This document shows, one piece after another, positions 42,080 through 56,159 of a DNA stretch of 64,000 nt. The stretch comes from Eledone cirrhosa (lineage: Eukaryota): contig OZ024759.1 in the NCBI GenBank assembly GCA_964016885.1, positions 16,244,001 to 16,308,000 of the forward strand. The letters are read 5' to 3'. The notes under the pieces are model-generated. The model worked only from the letters and a program-made list of their open reading frames with translations. It made no database searches and was not told the origin of the DNA. Position numbers and translations under genes: made by a program. Position 1 is the stretch's first letter. Each line of letters opens with the position of its first letter.

Positions 42080-42724
42080 CTGGAAAATGAATTATGTGAG
42101 GGCAATTCTAAAATGGATGATTTTCCTGATGAGGTGTTGAAAGAAATAGGAAAAATATTCTATGACAGTGATATCTGTGAGAAGTCATTCACTCAAAAAT
42201 ATAGCCTAACAACTCATAAACGTATTCATACAACAGAGAAACTATATCACTGTGATGTCTGTGGTAAATCGTTCTCTTAGTCTAATCATTTAACTAGTCA
42301 CATACGTATTCATACGGGAGAGAAACCGTATCGGTGTGATATCTGTGGTAAAGCTTTCTCTGCACCTGGTACATTAGCTAAACACAAGCCCACTCATACA
42401 GGAGAGAAACTGTATCACTGTAATATCTGTAGTAAATCATTCTCTCAAAAACATCACTTAACTAGTCACATATACATTCATAAAGCAGAGAAACCCTATC
42501 GCTGTGTTGTCTGTGGTGAACCATACTCTCGAAATGATGGCCTGGCTATTCACAAACAAAAGCATACAGGTGAGAACGCATATTACTGTGATGTTTGTGT
42601 TAAAGCATTCTCTCGTATAAATATTTTAACTAAACACAAGCATAAAGATACAGGAGAGAAACCATATCACTGTGATGTCTGTGGTAAATCGTTCTCACAA
42701 ACATATAACTTCGCTATACTGTAA
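42080..42724 (+). pseudogene. C2H2 ZNF pseudogene, unit 3 (CTG start, TAG at 42278)
   Basis: Near-identical paralogue of 11123-11767. Confidence 0.88.
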
Positions 42725-43805
42725 AGTAGTCATGTACGAGACACAGTGAAAAAGCTCCCAGTCCACACTGTAAAGTGGTCATGTAGGAGACACATTAAAA
42801 AGGCTCCCAGTCCACACTGTAAAGTAGTCATGTAGGAGACACAGTAAAAAGGCTCCCAGTCCACACTGTAAAGTGGTCATGTAGGAGACACAGTAAAAAG
42901 GCTCCCAATCCACTGTAAAGTGGTCATATAGGAGACACAGTAAAAAGGCTGCCAGTCCACACTGTAAAGTGGTCATGTAGGAGACACAGTAAAAAGGCTC
43001 CCAGTCCACACTGTAAAGTGGTCATGTAAGAGACACAGTAAAAAGGCTTCTAGTCCACAGTGTAAAGTAGTCGTGTAGGTGACACAGTAAAAAGGCTCCA
43101 AGTCCACACTGTAAAGTGGTCATGTAGGTGACACAGTAAAAAGGCTCCTAGTCCACACTGTAAAGTAGTCATGTAGGAGACACAGTAAAAAGGCTCCCAA
43201 TCCACTGTAAAGTGGTCATGTAGGAGACACAGTAAAATGGCTCCAAGTCCACACTGTAAAGTGGTCATGTAGGAGACACAGTAAAATGGCTCCAAGTCCA
43301 CACTGTAAAGTGGTCATGTAGGAGACACATTAAAAAGGCTCTCAGTCCACACTGTAAAGTGGTCATGTTGGAGACACAGTAAAATGGCTCCCAGTTCACA
43401 GTGTAATCATGTAGGAGACACGGTAAAAAGGCTCCCAGTCGACACTGTAAAGTGGTCATGTAGGAGACACAGTAAAAAGGCTACCAGTCCACACTTTAAG
43501 GTGGTCATGTAGGAGACACAGTAAAAAGGCTCCCAGTCCACACTGTAAAGTAGCCATGTAGGAGACACAGTAAAAAGGCTCCCAGTCCACACTGTAAAGT
43601 GGTCATGTAGGAGACACAGTTAAATGGCTCCCAGTCCACACTGTAAAGTCACCATGTAGGAGACACAGTAAAATGGCTCCCAGTCCACACCGTAAAGTGG
43701 TCATGTAGGAGACAGTAAAAAGGCTACCAGTCCACACTTTAAGGTGGTCATGTAGGAGACACAGTAAAAAGGCTCCCAGTCCACACCGTAAAGTGGTCAT
43801 GTAGG
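42718..43805. repeat. 49-bp tandem satellite, ~22 monomers
   Basis: Same monomer with a different order of variants. Confidence 0.95.
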
Positions 43806-46688
43806 TGTTACAAAGAAATTAAAAACATGATCATTACTTATTTGAACAGTAATACATCATTTTTTAACTAACAAAACTTCAAATAAGTAACAATTGTGTT
43901 TTTAATTTCTTTCTTAGTCTCATATTGGTGATAAAAAAGTATGAACTAATAATGTTTCTACTTTTGGCACAAGGCCAGCAATTACCTCAGTGCATAACTG
44001 GTGCTTTATTTTATCGACCCCATAAGGATGAAAGGCAAAGTTACCCAGAACAACCTGGTTCTGAGATAATCTTTATTCAAATCTTGGATAATGGCAGGAA
44101 TTAATTATTATAAATATATATATATATAACAGAGGATGTCTGTCTGTGTGTGTAAATCCCTAAAACGCAAAAAGTACCCGACCAATTTTTTTCAAACTTT
44201 GCACATGCGCTACTTATATTTTTAACTTTTTATGCCCTACGACCTGCATTAGGCGAAAAGCCGCATTTTAAATGCATTTTTAGGCTTTTTTGAAATTTTT
44301 CGAAATTTGCAGCACACATTTTTCGATTCCATTAATGGTTTTTAGGAAATTTACGAATTAGCATTGGACATTACATGCCATTTTCATTTTCAATATAAAC
44401 ACTACTTAAACATCGTAAGTAGCGTATATTTTGTTAAAAATTTTGTTCATTTAGCAGAGGACAGAATACTTACTTACTTTTAAGCAGGACCATTTTTGGG
44501 GGATTGAGGAAATGAGGAGGACCTTAAAATTTTTGTCGGGGCTTCGTCCTTTCATCACGTGCAAATCCGGGCCCTGTGTACGTTGCCGTGTTATTGACAC
44601 CATAAAACTCACCTCTGTGCTACTTCTACTAAGACCCCTTTTGTTGCACCTACACTGCAGCATGAACAGTGGTTGTGCTAATTCTGCAGTGACCCCTTTT
44701 GTTGCTGTGTAAATGCAGTGCCACCCAGCATTTGTGCTAATTGCACTATGAACTCCCTTCTGCTGCAGCTGTGTTGCCACGCTGATTTTGTCATCTCAAC
44801 ATCCCTACGTGGTTTTCACACAATGGACTACGTCACTCCTTCAGACTGACATGTCTTCCCCATCCGTGACGTAATTCGTGAACAGACTTACAACATACAT
44901 CGCCCCACAACACCTTCTTAATCCTTTCGCATACAGGATTTCCGCAATCAGCACACTGACACTGCTACTCCTGGATATGTTCCACGTTTCCAGTAGATGA
45001 ACAATCATTCTCCGAGAATAAGGGATTTCAAAAAGTACACAGCAACATTCCTCAATCTTTGCAATTGCTGGAAAATTTACGGGCAAAACCAACCTACTGG
45101 GGACCAAGGGGCAGACCCCAAGCAAGATGGTTGGATAACATCCATGAGCTTGGCTGATCTCGCTTGGGGATCCAGCAGGATCAATTGGAGACGGAAGTAG
45201 TGTTTGAGGACTCTATTTCCACGACCCTCTCAGGAATAAATGGTCGAAGAAGAAAAAGAAGCAAAAATGTTTCAAATCATACGATTTAATATTAAAGAAA
45301 GTTGGTATACAGTAATTTACAGATATTGCCAGAAATGTCATGTACTTTGGCGAATATTTACGAAGATAACCAGGACTGCAAGTCTCTGCTTCAGATAAAA
45401 TATTGAATTATTATTATTTAATATATTTATTATACTTAGATATCAATCAATGTTGTAGAATTTGTATACATACATCATATGATGGCTGCCCCCTCGTTAT
45501 CGAGTATGGCCATTGCACGAAAAAAAACAAAAAAACACATATATTAATAATTAACTGCGCTGCAACTGAATGTGGCTTTTTAGCCAAGCCAATTATCTAA
45601 AATATCTTGCAGGGTTGGCAACCAAAACATTCACTGGTAACAGCCGGCTGTGGTTGGACTTCATGTACTTTTGCATGTCGTTTGAGCCCTTCTGCTGATC
45701 TACACTCTTTTCCACATGCTTGACAGGTATGATGAGTAGCATCTCTGACAGCAGCCTGGTAGGCAACCACTGGTCTCACTTTATTAGAGCGAAGATGACT
45801 TTCGAGTCAAGCTTTGCTGAGGCAGAGTCTTGCACAGACGCTGCATGTCAGCGTCATAGAAGGACCTTTGTTGTCTGGAAATGTAACAGCAATGGCTTTC
45901 CTAACATCCCTTTTTACTTTCTCGTATGCGATTCGAGATGCTTCAAAAGCAACTTTCTCCTCATTTACACTCTTTCTCCATTTATTATGATCAGCAGCTA
46001 CGCTTTCCCATGTATCAGCAGAGTTGTTAGCGTCTTTCAAGGAGGCTTTCAACAAATCCTTATACCTCTTTTTTGGTTTATGTGGAGGTCGTTTCCCTAT
46101 AACTAACTCTCCATAAAAAGAGTTCTTTTGGTATTCTAGAATCTTTAAGGTGGTGTCAATATGTGACCCAGGTCTCGCAGGCATAAAGAAGAGAAGAGAG
46201 CATACATGATTTGTACACCTTTACCTTTGTCTTTTTGCGTATGTCTTGCCAACCCCAGAGGCGCCTTTCTAGCTTTCCCAATCCTGAGTGGAATTTCATT
46301 ATCAACATTGCTGTATTAATTGACAGTGCTTCCCAGGTAGACAAACTGATCAACCACTCTAAGTCGTTTACCATACACATAGATATTTCGTTCACTGTAC
46401 TGCTTAGTGAGCATCTTATTTCCATGAGAATTCCGTTGGACAAAGGAAGGTATGCAACCCCGGTGAGTGTGTATACTCCAACTATGAATTCTGTTGATGA
46501 GGAAAAGTATCTTTCTACCATGCTTTGAAAGGTGTTATAAGAAATATCCCTCAGGTCGACAAGGTAATCGTGCAGGGTGACATTAATGCTAGAGTGGGTA
46601 CAGATTTTAACACGTGCACTGTATTCGAAGGCTACAGCCAGCCATTCAGTTGAGAAAAAAATCTTATAAATAATAACATTATCAATAA

Positions 46689-47820
46689 CTAGCAGTAAAG
46701 CCCGGCGTTGCTCGGGGTCGCTCAGTAGCTGTGTTAAAGTTACAATGTTAAGTTTCTTTATTGGCTTAAAAACTGTAGTGTCTAATGTGCAGACTTGCAT
46801 GTGGTGTTTTTGATTAATATTCCCTCAACCAACAATATGCCTTATGAAGTGAAGAAAACATAACGATAACCCGAATGTTATAACAAAAGAGGATGCTGGG
46901 GATAAAAACTGCACTGGTTATTTATTAACAAAGATCGAAAATGTAAACACTGCAACGCAGAGAAAAACATTAGCGTAACCAAATTATCAGTTATGTCTGT
47001 CTGCACGCCTATATCACCTCTCTGCACGACTGTCTGTCTGCACGACTGTCTGTCTGCACGCCTATATCACCTCTCTGCATGACTGTCTGTCTGCACGCGT
47101 ATATCACCTCTCTGCACGACTATCTGTCTGCACGCCTATATCACCTCTCTGCACGACTGTCTGTCTGCACCCCTATATCACCTCTCTGCACGACTGTCTG
47201 TCTGCACGCCTATATCACCTCTCTGCACGACTGTCTGTCTGCACCCCTATATCACCTCTCTGCACGAATGTCTGCCTGCACCCCTATATCACCTCTCTGC
47301 ACGACTGTCTGTCTGCACGCCTATATCACCTCTCTGCACGACTGTCTGTCTGCACGCCTATATCACCTCTCTGCACGACTGTCTGTCTGCACGCCTAACG
47401 AAATTTACAGATACATATATTTTAAATAAACTTATATAATTTTTGCTTTTTTTTAAGAAATATTTGCTTGTTTTACGTAGTCTTTAAATAAACTTGTTTT
47501 CAAGTAAAAATATTGTTTTAACAGGCTTTTAAATGGAAATGAAGCAAAACGGAAGCTTATGTAAAGAGAACGTAAGACGCTACGCTGAATGTAAACAGAA
47601 CAAAGGGAAATAACTGATCACTTACGCTCAAAAATCGATACATTATATTCGATTTCGTCAGATAGGGCGGGTCAATTTGAAATATTTTTTTTCCGATGTC
47701 TTCGCTAGGGCTCAATGTACAAGTATAGCAATTTCGGTGCAATTCCGTGAGAGATTCTAAGAGGAGATGTGTGCCAAAAATCGATAGACAGACAGACAAC
47801 CTCAGTTTTATATATATAGA
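46689..47820 (-). mobile_element. Non-autonomous Helitron, unit-4-specific insertion (1132 bp)
   Basis: The minus strand begins TCTATATATATAAAACTGAGG and ends CCCGAGCAACGCCGGGctttactgCTAG. It sits between A and T with no target-site duplication, and the empty site atcaataa|ttattaattag is present in the four other units. Confidence 0.92.
46995..47397. repeat. 37-bp minisatellite (~11 copies) inside the Helitron
   Basis: Monomer ctgtctgtctgcacgcctatatcacctctctgcacga, period 37 (47064, 47101, 47138). Confidence 0.93.
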
Positions 47821-48098
47821 TTATTAATTAGTGTTATCATGCAATGCCAATGCGTGAAGATTTTCAAACATACATATATATGCATACAGAGACCTGATTT
47901 GAGATAGAACTCATCAGATTGGACCAAGTCTTTCCCATTGCTAATACTATCTACCGGTTGCAACTCAACTCCAGTATATATGTTATCATAGAATGACTTT
48001 TGAAATAGGGACTGTTAGCCTTCAGTATGAGGACATACATGTTTAATTAAGTGACTTGTTTGAGAAAATGATTTACCACAGATATCACAATGATATGG

Positions 48099-49580
48099 TC
48101 ACTCTCCTGTATGAATGCGTTTGTGTGTAGTCATGTGACCTGATGCAGCGAAAGATTTACCACAGATATCACAGTGGTATGGTTTCTCTCCTGTATGAAT
48201 GCGTTTGTGTTTAGTTAAGTCACCTGATTCAGAGAAAGATTTACCACAGATATCACAGTGATGTCGTTTCTCTCCTGTATGAATGCGTTTGTGTTTAGTT
48301 AAGTCACCTGATGCAGAGAAAGATTTACCACAGATATCACAGTGATATGGTTTCTCTCCTGTATGAATGCGCTTGTGTGTAGTCAAGTCACCTGATTTAG
48401 AGAAAGATTTACCACAGATATCACAATGATATGGTTTCTCTCCTGTATGAATGCGCTTGTGTGTAGTCAAATGACCTGATTCAGAGAAAGATTTACCACA
48501 GATATCACAATGATATGGTTTCTCTCCTGTATGAATGCGTTTGTGTTTAGTCAAGTGACCTGATTTAGAGAAAGATTTACCACAGATATCACAATGATAT
48601 GGTTTCTCTCCTGTATGAATGCGTTTGTGTGTAGTCAAGTAACCTGATGTAGAGAAAGATTTACCACAGATATCACAATGATATGGTTTCTCTCCTGTAT
48701 GAATGCGTTTGTGTGTAGTCAAGTAACCTGATGTAGAGAAAGATTTACCACAGATATCACAATGATATGGTTTCTCTCCTGTATGAATGCGTTTGTGAGT
48801 TGTTAGGGTATGTGTTCTAGAGAAAGATTCACCACAGATATTACAGTAATATGGTTTCTCTCCTGTATGAATGCGTTTGTGTTTCGTTAAGACATCTGAT
48901 ACAGAGAAAGATTTACCACAGATATCACAGTGATATGGTTTATCTCCTGTATGAATGCGTTTGTGACTAGTCAATTCACTTGATACAGAGAAAGATTTAC
49001 CACAGATATCACAATGATATGGTTTCTCTCCTGTATGAATACGTTTGTGTCTAGTTAAGCCACTTGATACAGAGAATGATTTACCACAGATATTACAGTG
49101 ATATGGTTTCTTTCCTGTATGAATGCGTTTGTGTTTAGTCAAGTAACCTGATTTGGAGAAAGATTTACCACAGGTATCACAGTGATATGGTTTCTCTCCT
49201 GTATGAATGCGTTTGTGTCTAGTTAAGCCACTTGATACAGAGAATGATTTACCACAGATATTACAGTGATATGGTTTCTCTCCTGTATGAATGCGTTTGT
49301 GCCTAGGTAAGTCCCTTCGTCTACAGAAAGATTTACCACAGATATCACAGCGATGTGGTCTCTCTCCTGTATGACTGCGTTTGTGTCTAGTTAATTCAGC
49401 TAATATAGAGAATGATTTACCACAGATATTACAGTGATATGGTTTCTCTCCTGTATGAATGCATTTATGTTTAGTTAAACTACCTGATGCAGACAATAAT
49501 TTACCACAGATATCACAATGATATCGATTCTCTCCCATATTAATACGTTTATGGGCAGTGAAGTTACCTCTTGTAGACAT
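48099..49580 (-). CDS. Tandem C2H2 zinc-finger protein, copy 4 (17 fingers, terminal 18th finger lost to a nonsense change)
   Basis: AGA>TGA at 48099-48101, exactly 84 bp before the ancestral stop at 48015-48017. Confidence 0.8.
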   Translation of the reverse strand: MSTRGNFTAHKRINMGENRYHCDICGKLLSASGSLTKHKCIHTGEKPYHCNICGKSFSILAELTRHKRSHTGERPHRCDICGKSFCRRRDLPRHKRIHTGEKPYHCNICGKSFSVSSGLTRHKRIHTGEKPYHCDTCGKSFSKSGYLTKHKRIHTGKKPYHCNICGKSFSVSSGLTRHKRIHTGEKPYHCDICGKSFSVSSELTSHKRIHTGDKPYHCDICGKSFSVSDVLTKHKRIHTGEKPYYCNICGESFSRTHTLTTHKRIHTGEKPYHCDICGKSFSTSGYLTTHKRIHTGEKPYHCDICGKSFSTSGYLTTHKRIHTGEKPYHCDICGKSFSKSGHLTKHKRIHTGEKPYHCDICGKSFSESGHLTTHKRIHTGEKPYHCDICGKSFSKSGDLTTHKRIHTGEKPYHCDICGKSFSASGDLTKHKRIHTGEKRHHCDICGKSFSESGDLTKHKRIHTGEKPYHCDICGKSFAASGHMTTHKRIHTGE

Positions 49581-50491
49581 TTTACATATAACACAGTGAT
49601 ACAGCTTCTTTCTAGTGTGAATAGATTTGTGAGTAGTTAAATTATTGGACAGAGAATGATTTATCACAGATATCACAGTGATATAGCTTCTCTCCTGTGT
49701 GAATACGTTTGTGAGTTGTTAGATTATGTTTTAGTGAATGACTTCTTACAGATAAGCAATGATAGGATGCTTTTTCTATCTCTTTCAACACCTCATCAGG
49801 GAAATCATTCTTTCCAGAATGATTCTCACATTTCCATAATTTTTCTTCTCTCACCTCACAATAAATATATAATCCTTTACATCTTATTATTAACAAGTAT
49901 TTCTATTGTCATATTTCCACCAGTTGCGAATGATGTTGATACCTGAAGACAAGGGAGACACTATTGTATTATAATTGGATTTCCAAACAGTGAAATAAAA
50001 AAGATTTGGCTATGAATCTTCCCGAGGGTAAATACTCCAAAGATTTATATAAAGGATTTTATATCTCTTCTGGTCTTTAAAGGATGATAAATATTCATGA
50101 TTATACCAATGTTATCCAATACTCTGAAATAAGAAAGAAACAGTATAAGATATAAAGGTTACTTTAAAGTAGAAATTTAATGGTGGAAATAATACCACAT
50201 TTCAATATTAATGGGAATTGTTGATATAATTTATATCAACATTATATATTATTTATATTAACTCTTTTGTGTTCAGGGGAAGTTTTATATTATAAACCTT
50301 CCCCTGAACACAAAAGAGTTAGGACTCCTCCTCAGTTGTGTCCAAGACATGCCAACCTCCCTATTGCAGATGCCATGATAAAATGCAATACACATATATA
50401 CACATTATATATAATCTCAGGTCCCAAATAATAGGGGGAGGGGTTAGAAAATCGCAAATTTTTCTAGGTTGTCTCCACGATTAATCCAGAT

Positions 50492-51771
50492 CCATGAGAA
50501 GAATTAGCCACTATAGTTAGCTTTTGTTGATCTGGAGAAGGCCTTTGATAGAGTACCCCGATCTGTCATTGGTGGTCCCTAAGGAAACTAGGTGTAGAGT
50601 AATGGCTTGTGAGGACACTGCAAGCTATGTACAGGGGTGCTGTCAGTAAAGTGAGAATAGGAATGGAGTTTAGTGAGGAATTCCAGATACAAGTAGGTGT
50701 ACATCAAGATTCTGTCATCAGCCCACTCTTGTTCATTATAGTCCTCCAAGCCATAACAGAGGAGTTTAAGACTGGATGCCCATGGGAACTTCGCTATGCT
50801 GATGATCTGGTTCTTATAGCAGAATCAGTAAAGGAGCTAGAGAATAAATTCTGGCTATGGAAACAGCAGTTGCAATCAAGAGGAGTGAGAGTGAACATAG
50901 CTAAGACAAAAGTGTTGATAAATAGAAGAGAGCACAATACTCTGATTCCATCAGGGAAATGGCCATGTTCGATATGTAGGAAAGGAACTGGCATAAATTC
51001 CATAAAATGTACACAATGGAGATATTGGGTACACAACAGATGTAGTGGGATAGCAGGCAAAGTAACAGGTAGGGAAAACTATGTATGCAGTAGATGTACA
51101 GGGAAAGTTGGCAGTAGTAATCGCTGTGATAGACTTGTTTTTCCAATGCAGGTGGGTTCTATAGAAGTGGTTGATAGCTTCCAGTACCTAGGTGATCAGA
51201 TTAGCATGGGAGGGGGGTGTTCCGAGGCCATAGTATCTAGAATAAGGACGGGTTGGAAGAAGTTTAGGGAGTTGCCTTCCTCTGTTGACAAAGAAGGGTT
51301 TCTCCCTGTGTATAAAAGGATGGTTATATGATGCCTGTGTGAGATGCGCGATGCTGCATGGTAGTGAGACATGGGCAGCAACTGCAGAAGATATAAGACG
51401 GCTGGAGAGAAATGAAGCAAGTATGCTCCGTTGGATGTGTGTGAACGACCAAGCATAGACGAGTTGAGAAAGAAACTGGGTATAAGAGGGATAAGTTGTG
51501 GTGTGCAGGAGAGAAGGCTGAGATGGTATGGACATGTAATGCGCATGGAGGATGACCGATGGGTGAAGAAGTGCCAGGAATTCCCAGTGGAGGGAAGACG
51601 CAGTAGAGGTAGATCACGTAAAACATGGGCGGAGGTGGTGAGAGCAGACCTCAGATTGCTGAAACTCACCGAGGAGATGACGAAGGACCATGACAAGTGG
51701 AGGGATGCTGTGCTGAATAGGACCCGTCCAACCCTTGTAAGCAGGGAAAAGCGAACGTAAAATGATGATGA
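50492..51771 (+). mobile_element. RTE-clade LINE fragment, unit 4
   Basis: Paralogue with the longest intact RT frame (240 aa). Confidence 0.9.
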
Positions 51772-53212
51772 TATGGAAGCGGGTGGCCTAATGGTAAGGG
51801 TATTGGACTTCTGACCATAACGTTATGGATTCAATTCCTGGACTGGGTTGTGTGTTGAGTTCTTGAGCAAAACATGTTTGGACCATATCCTTATTATTTA
51901 TTTCCCATTGCAATTTCTCATAACATTAGATCATTTGCAATATTTAGCAAAACATTTCATTTCACTTTAATACTACTGTTACAAATACGAAAGTTACTAC
52001 TACTTCTATAGTAATTTTGGTGTGATGTATACGTCTGTCTCGATAAGATAACTACCAGATTTGAAAAAAAAAAAAAAGAAATTAGTAAACGTCAATATTA
52101 TCGAGTAAACCACTCATGGTGTTGCTTGACCTGTCTCATGCAAATGAAACGGAAAGACGGCAGCACACCCTAGCCCCGTAAAGTGGGATGGCTGTTGCTG
52201 CGGGTGTCTCTGTCAATTTGTCCGCAGGGCACGACTGAGGCTCCGCTAAAACTGGGGTGTAGTGTCTGTCCCTTCCACATTGCTCCCTTTAATAGTTTTG
52301 TATTTATTAGATTTTTCTCAATTATTTTTATGTAGTAATTTACTTATTAAAAAAAAAAGTAATGGTTTCTAATTTAAGGACCAGGCCAACAATTTTAGGG
52401 AAGGGGCTAAGTCGTTGAAACAGACCCAAATGCGTTGCGACTACTTTATTTTATCGACCGCGTAATAATAATTTTTATTAAGTAAGAGAAATTTGAAGGG
52501 AAGTAAATCTTGTTGCATATTGAAGAAGGACAGCACAACTTCTTTCCCTTTGATTGTTATTCTAATCTGTTTAAAAGTAACTTCACTACATAAAACCATT
52601 TCCGTCGCTAATTTTCTCCTTTTTCATAACATTTTAGTTTATTATATATATATCGTCTTTTTTTAATGTATCATCGATTACTTTACTGATTACAGAAGAG
52701 AGTATAACACTTCGTTCAATTTCTGCGCATATTGTCAATTACGATTTCATTTTTACATGTATATATACTTGAGTATAATATAATTATGCACACTACACGT
52801 GCTAGCAGAAAACCAACTGGGGGGGGGGGTGGACTTTCTGCTAGTATATATAATGCTTTTGTTTGTATGTGTGTGTGACTGTGTATATATGTATGGGTGT
52901 GATCTCGTACATTGCCTCTCGCTCAATTTAATACTTACATATATATATATATATATCAATATAGTCAGAATTTCGGTAAATGGCGTCCCTCAGAGAAAAT
53001 AGGAAGTGACAAACGTTTCCTAACATCTATTTTCTTTCTTTTCTGTCGTTTTTACGTCGTAAGTCCATAAACCACGGTGATCCATAGAAGAAACAACACC
53101 ATTTGTTCGGCCGCCTCCGTATCAAGAACAGAAAATCTTTTTCGGAGAAATTATTGGATTCTTCCAAATTTATAGGCTTTTGTGGGGTAACTTTCAATGT
53201 TCTTATGTCTTT

Positions 53213-53274
53213 ACGGCCTGATGAGCTCAGGCTATCATAACTGATAGTCCTCGGTGAAATATGTATATCGGCGT
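53213..53274 (+). ncRNA. Hammerhead motif family B, unit 4 (core CTGATGA)
   Basis: Differs from the others only at the freely variable N7 core position. Confidence 0.68.
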
Positions 53275-54186
53275 TTTAAATAAACCTGAATCAACTGAAT
53301 ATGGCCTCCGATCTTTTAATATATATATATATAATGTATGTGTGTGTGTTTGTATGTATATATGTGTTTTTATGTATATATATGAGTGTATATCTATATA
53401 TATATTTTTTTATAATTCCAAGGTGTTAGTGGAATTATAATAGAAGAGGAAATCAAATTAATGTTGAAATACAACAGAGAGGAATTACACATCTTACGAC
53501 AACTGCCAACATTTTAAAATACTTCTGCGCAAGGATTCTATTTTTACGACTATGTTGTGCGGTCCTGTTTTAGTTTGTTTGGGAAAAGCAAAACAGACTA
53601 ATTAAAAATTGTATAAGCAGTTTAATGACTGAAAGCAGTAAAAATAATTTAAAATACAAATACAGTCCCGTAAATTAAAATTATAATCATAATTAAAATT
53701 AAATTCTCAGGCCGCAGCGCAACTGTAAAAAAGAAAAATATTCTTCCGCAGGCTACGAAACAAAGAAGTACTCGAAGTTCTTCAAAGATTTAATGTTTTC
53801 AGGGTTTTATTTTTATTTTCGTTGTCTTCCTGTATGTCAACTTTGATCATCCCGAAGGATTCTGAGTGTTTGGACATTCGACAACATCGATACATGTCAA
53901 TTAATCAATCGAGAGTGTCTGATGTACACAATAGCTCCCGCAATGTTTCATTCATTGTTGTTTATCAACCAAAAGCTTCGTGTTGTTCATTCCCTGTACG
54001 TCTTTTACAGAGCAGCTTTTTTTTAATACGAGCGAGACACGGTCAACCGACCAATCTTGACTCAAGCGGTACAATTCCCGTCTTACCCAAACTAGCGTGG
54101 AAGATAGACGTTAAACGATGATGATGATGATATATACATATATGTATATATATATACGCACACACATTATATATATATATATATAT

Positions 54187-54941
54187 AGGAACGAGTAGGA
54201 CCCCAATCGAAGGGTGAGAGCATAGGGTTCGGAGGGGGAGATTTGTAGGTAATAAATCCGAATCTCTCCTTGGTACCGAAGTCCTGATTGTCGCAATATC
54301 TGTCGTAGAAAAAAGTTCTCCATCTAAGTCTTTTCGCAAATAGATCGATTTTTTGCGTGAGCATCCGAAGGTCAAGTTTTTTCGGTGGGACTGGGATGTT
54401 CTTGGTAGAGAAGTCGATGTTGTGTTTTCGCATGGTGCGGGTGAAAGAACTTGAGCTTAGCGGAAAAGTCTGGATACGGCGTGGTAGGGTCGGATAGTGC
54501 TCTACTACGGGAATAGGAGCTAGATAACGAAGGAAATGTGGTAAGGAACCAGGTGGACCATAACGCACCAAAGTACTCATTTCCTTCGTTATATATATGA
54601 ATATATATATATATGAAAGGTAGAGTTAATAACTCTAATATATGTAGTAATAAACACAGTAAATCGTGTGTCTAATATTACGAGGGTTAAAGAACCACAT
54701 TTGTTTGAAATATTTAACAAAGAAGCAGACAGAATGATAAAAATAAAATTAAATTATACAGACCGTCTAAATAACGATTACATCTCTCGGACAGAGTAAT
54801 CTGTTTCGTCCTGATGGTGTTTGTAACAGATAATCCACGGGCATCATCAGCGAGAGAATCTGTATTAGGTGAATTAGTATGAGGTGTTTGTCGCATTTAA
54901 TCAGATTCTCTCGTTGATGATGCCCGTGGATTATCTGTTAC
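54187..54941 (-). mobile_element. Penelope-like fragment, unit 4
   Basis: Paralogue of 8897-9635. Confidence 0.75.
54783..54857 (-). ncRNA. Hammerhead motif family C, unit 4 (mismatch in stem II)
   Basis: Same variant as unit 2. Confidence 0.7.
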
Positions 54942-56159
54942 CCACTCCGTAGCTTCCATCAATTTTCATTGCACTGCACTTTTTTATACAGCTGTCGTCC
55001 TTCATACGCATCACATTGCCATACCAATGCAATCTCCTCTCCAGAACACATTTGATACCTCTTATGCTTAGTCTCTCTCTCAATTCGGTTATGCTTCGCT
55101 GTTCACGCACATTACTATTACACATCCATCGGAGCATGCAAGCTTCATTTCTTTCTAATCCATGCAAGTCTTCAGGACACGAGGCCCAGGTCTCACTACC
55201 ATGTAATATCGCCGTTCGTATACAAGCATTATGCAATCTGCCTTTCACCTTTAGAGGAAAACCCCTTGTGGCCAACAGTGGTATTAGCTCTCTGTACTTT
55301 TTCTATCCGTCAGGCTACTACATTCTCAGAGAACCCTCCACCATTGCTGATTTTGTCACCCAGGTAATGGTAAGTGTCTATTTCTATAGAACCAGCTAGG
55401 CAGTTGAAGGAGATAGCATGCAATGGATCATTGCTACTTACTGCACCTGAGCATCGGCCTCATATAAAATCTACATTCTTAGATAACTTACCTGTGATCC
55501 CACTACATCTTTTATGTACCCATAGTTTGCATTTGGGGCATAGAATTCAATTTCTACCTACTCCTTTCTTACACACTGAGCATGGCCATTTCCCAGAGGG
55601 CACCTGTGCCCTATTCTCCTTTCTACATACTAGAACTTTAGTCTTAGACAAGTTAACTCTAAGGCCTTTTGATTCTAGGCTATGTTTCCATGTCTGGAAC
55701 TTCTTCTCTAGTTCAGCCATGGATTCAGTTATGAGAGTTAGATCATCTGCATATAGAAGTTCCCATGGGCAGCCAGTCTTAAATCCTTCTGTTATAGCCT
55801 GTAGGACAATAATAAATAGGAGGGGGCTAAGGACGGAGCCCTGGTGAACCCCTACTATTACGCTTAATTCTTCACTATATTCATTGTTAAGTCTAACCTT
55901 GCTGACTGTTCCTCTATATATGGCTTGTATAGCTCTCACAAGCCATTTCTACTCCTAGTTTTCTAAGAGCCCACCAGATTAAGGTGTGTGGGACTCTGTC
56001 AAAGGCTTTCTTCACATCAACAAAAGCTAAGTAGAGGAGTTTACTGTTAGCTAGGTACTTCTCCTGTAGTTGCCGTACAAGGAAAAGAGCATCCGTGGTG
56101 CTTTTACCTGGCACAAACCCAAACTGCATTTCATCTAGATCAATTCGGTTCCTAATTGT
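54942..56159 (-). mobile_element. RTE-clade LINE RT fragment, unit 4
   Basis: Paralogue of 9636-10852. Confidence 0.9.
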
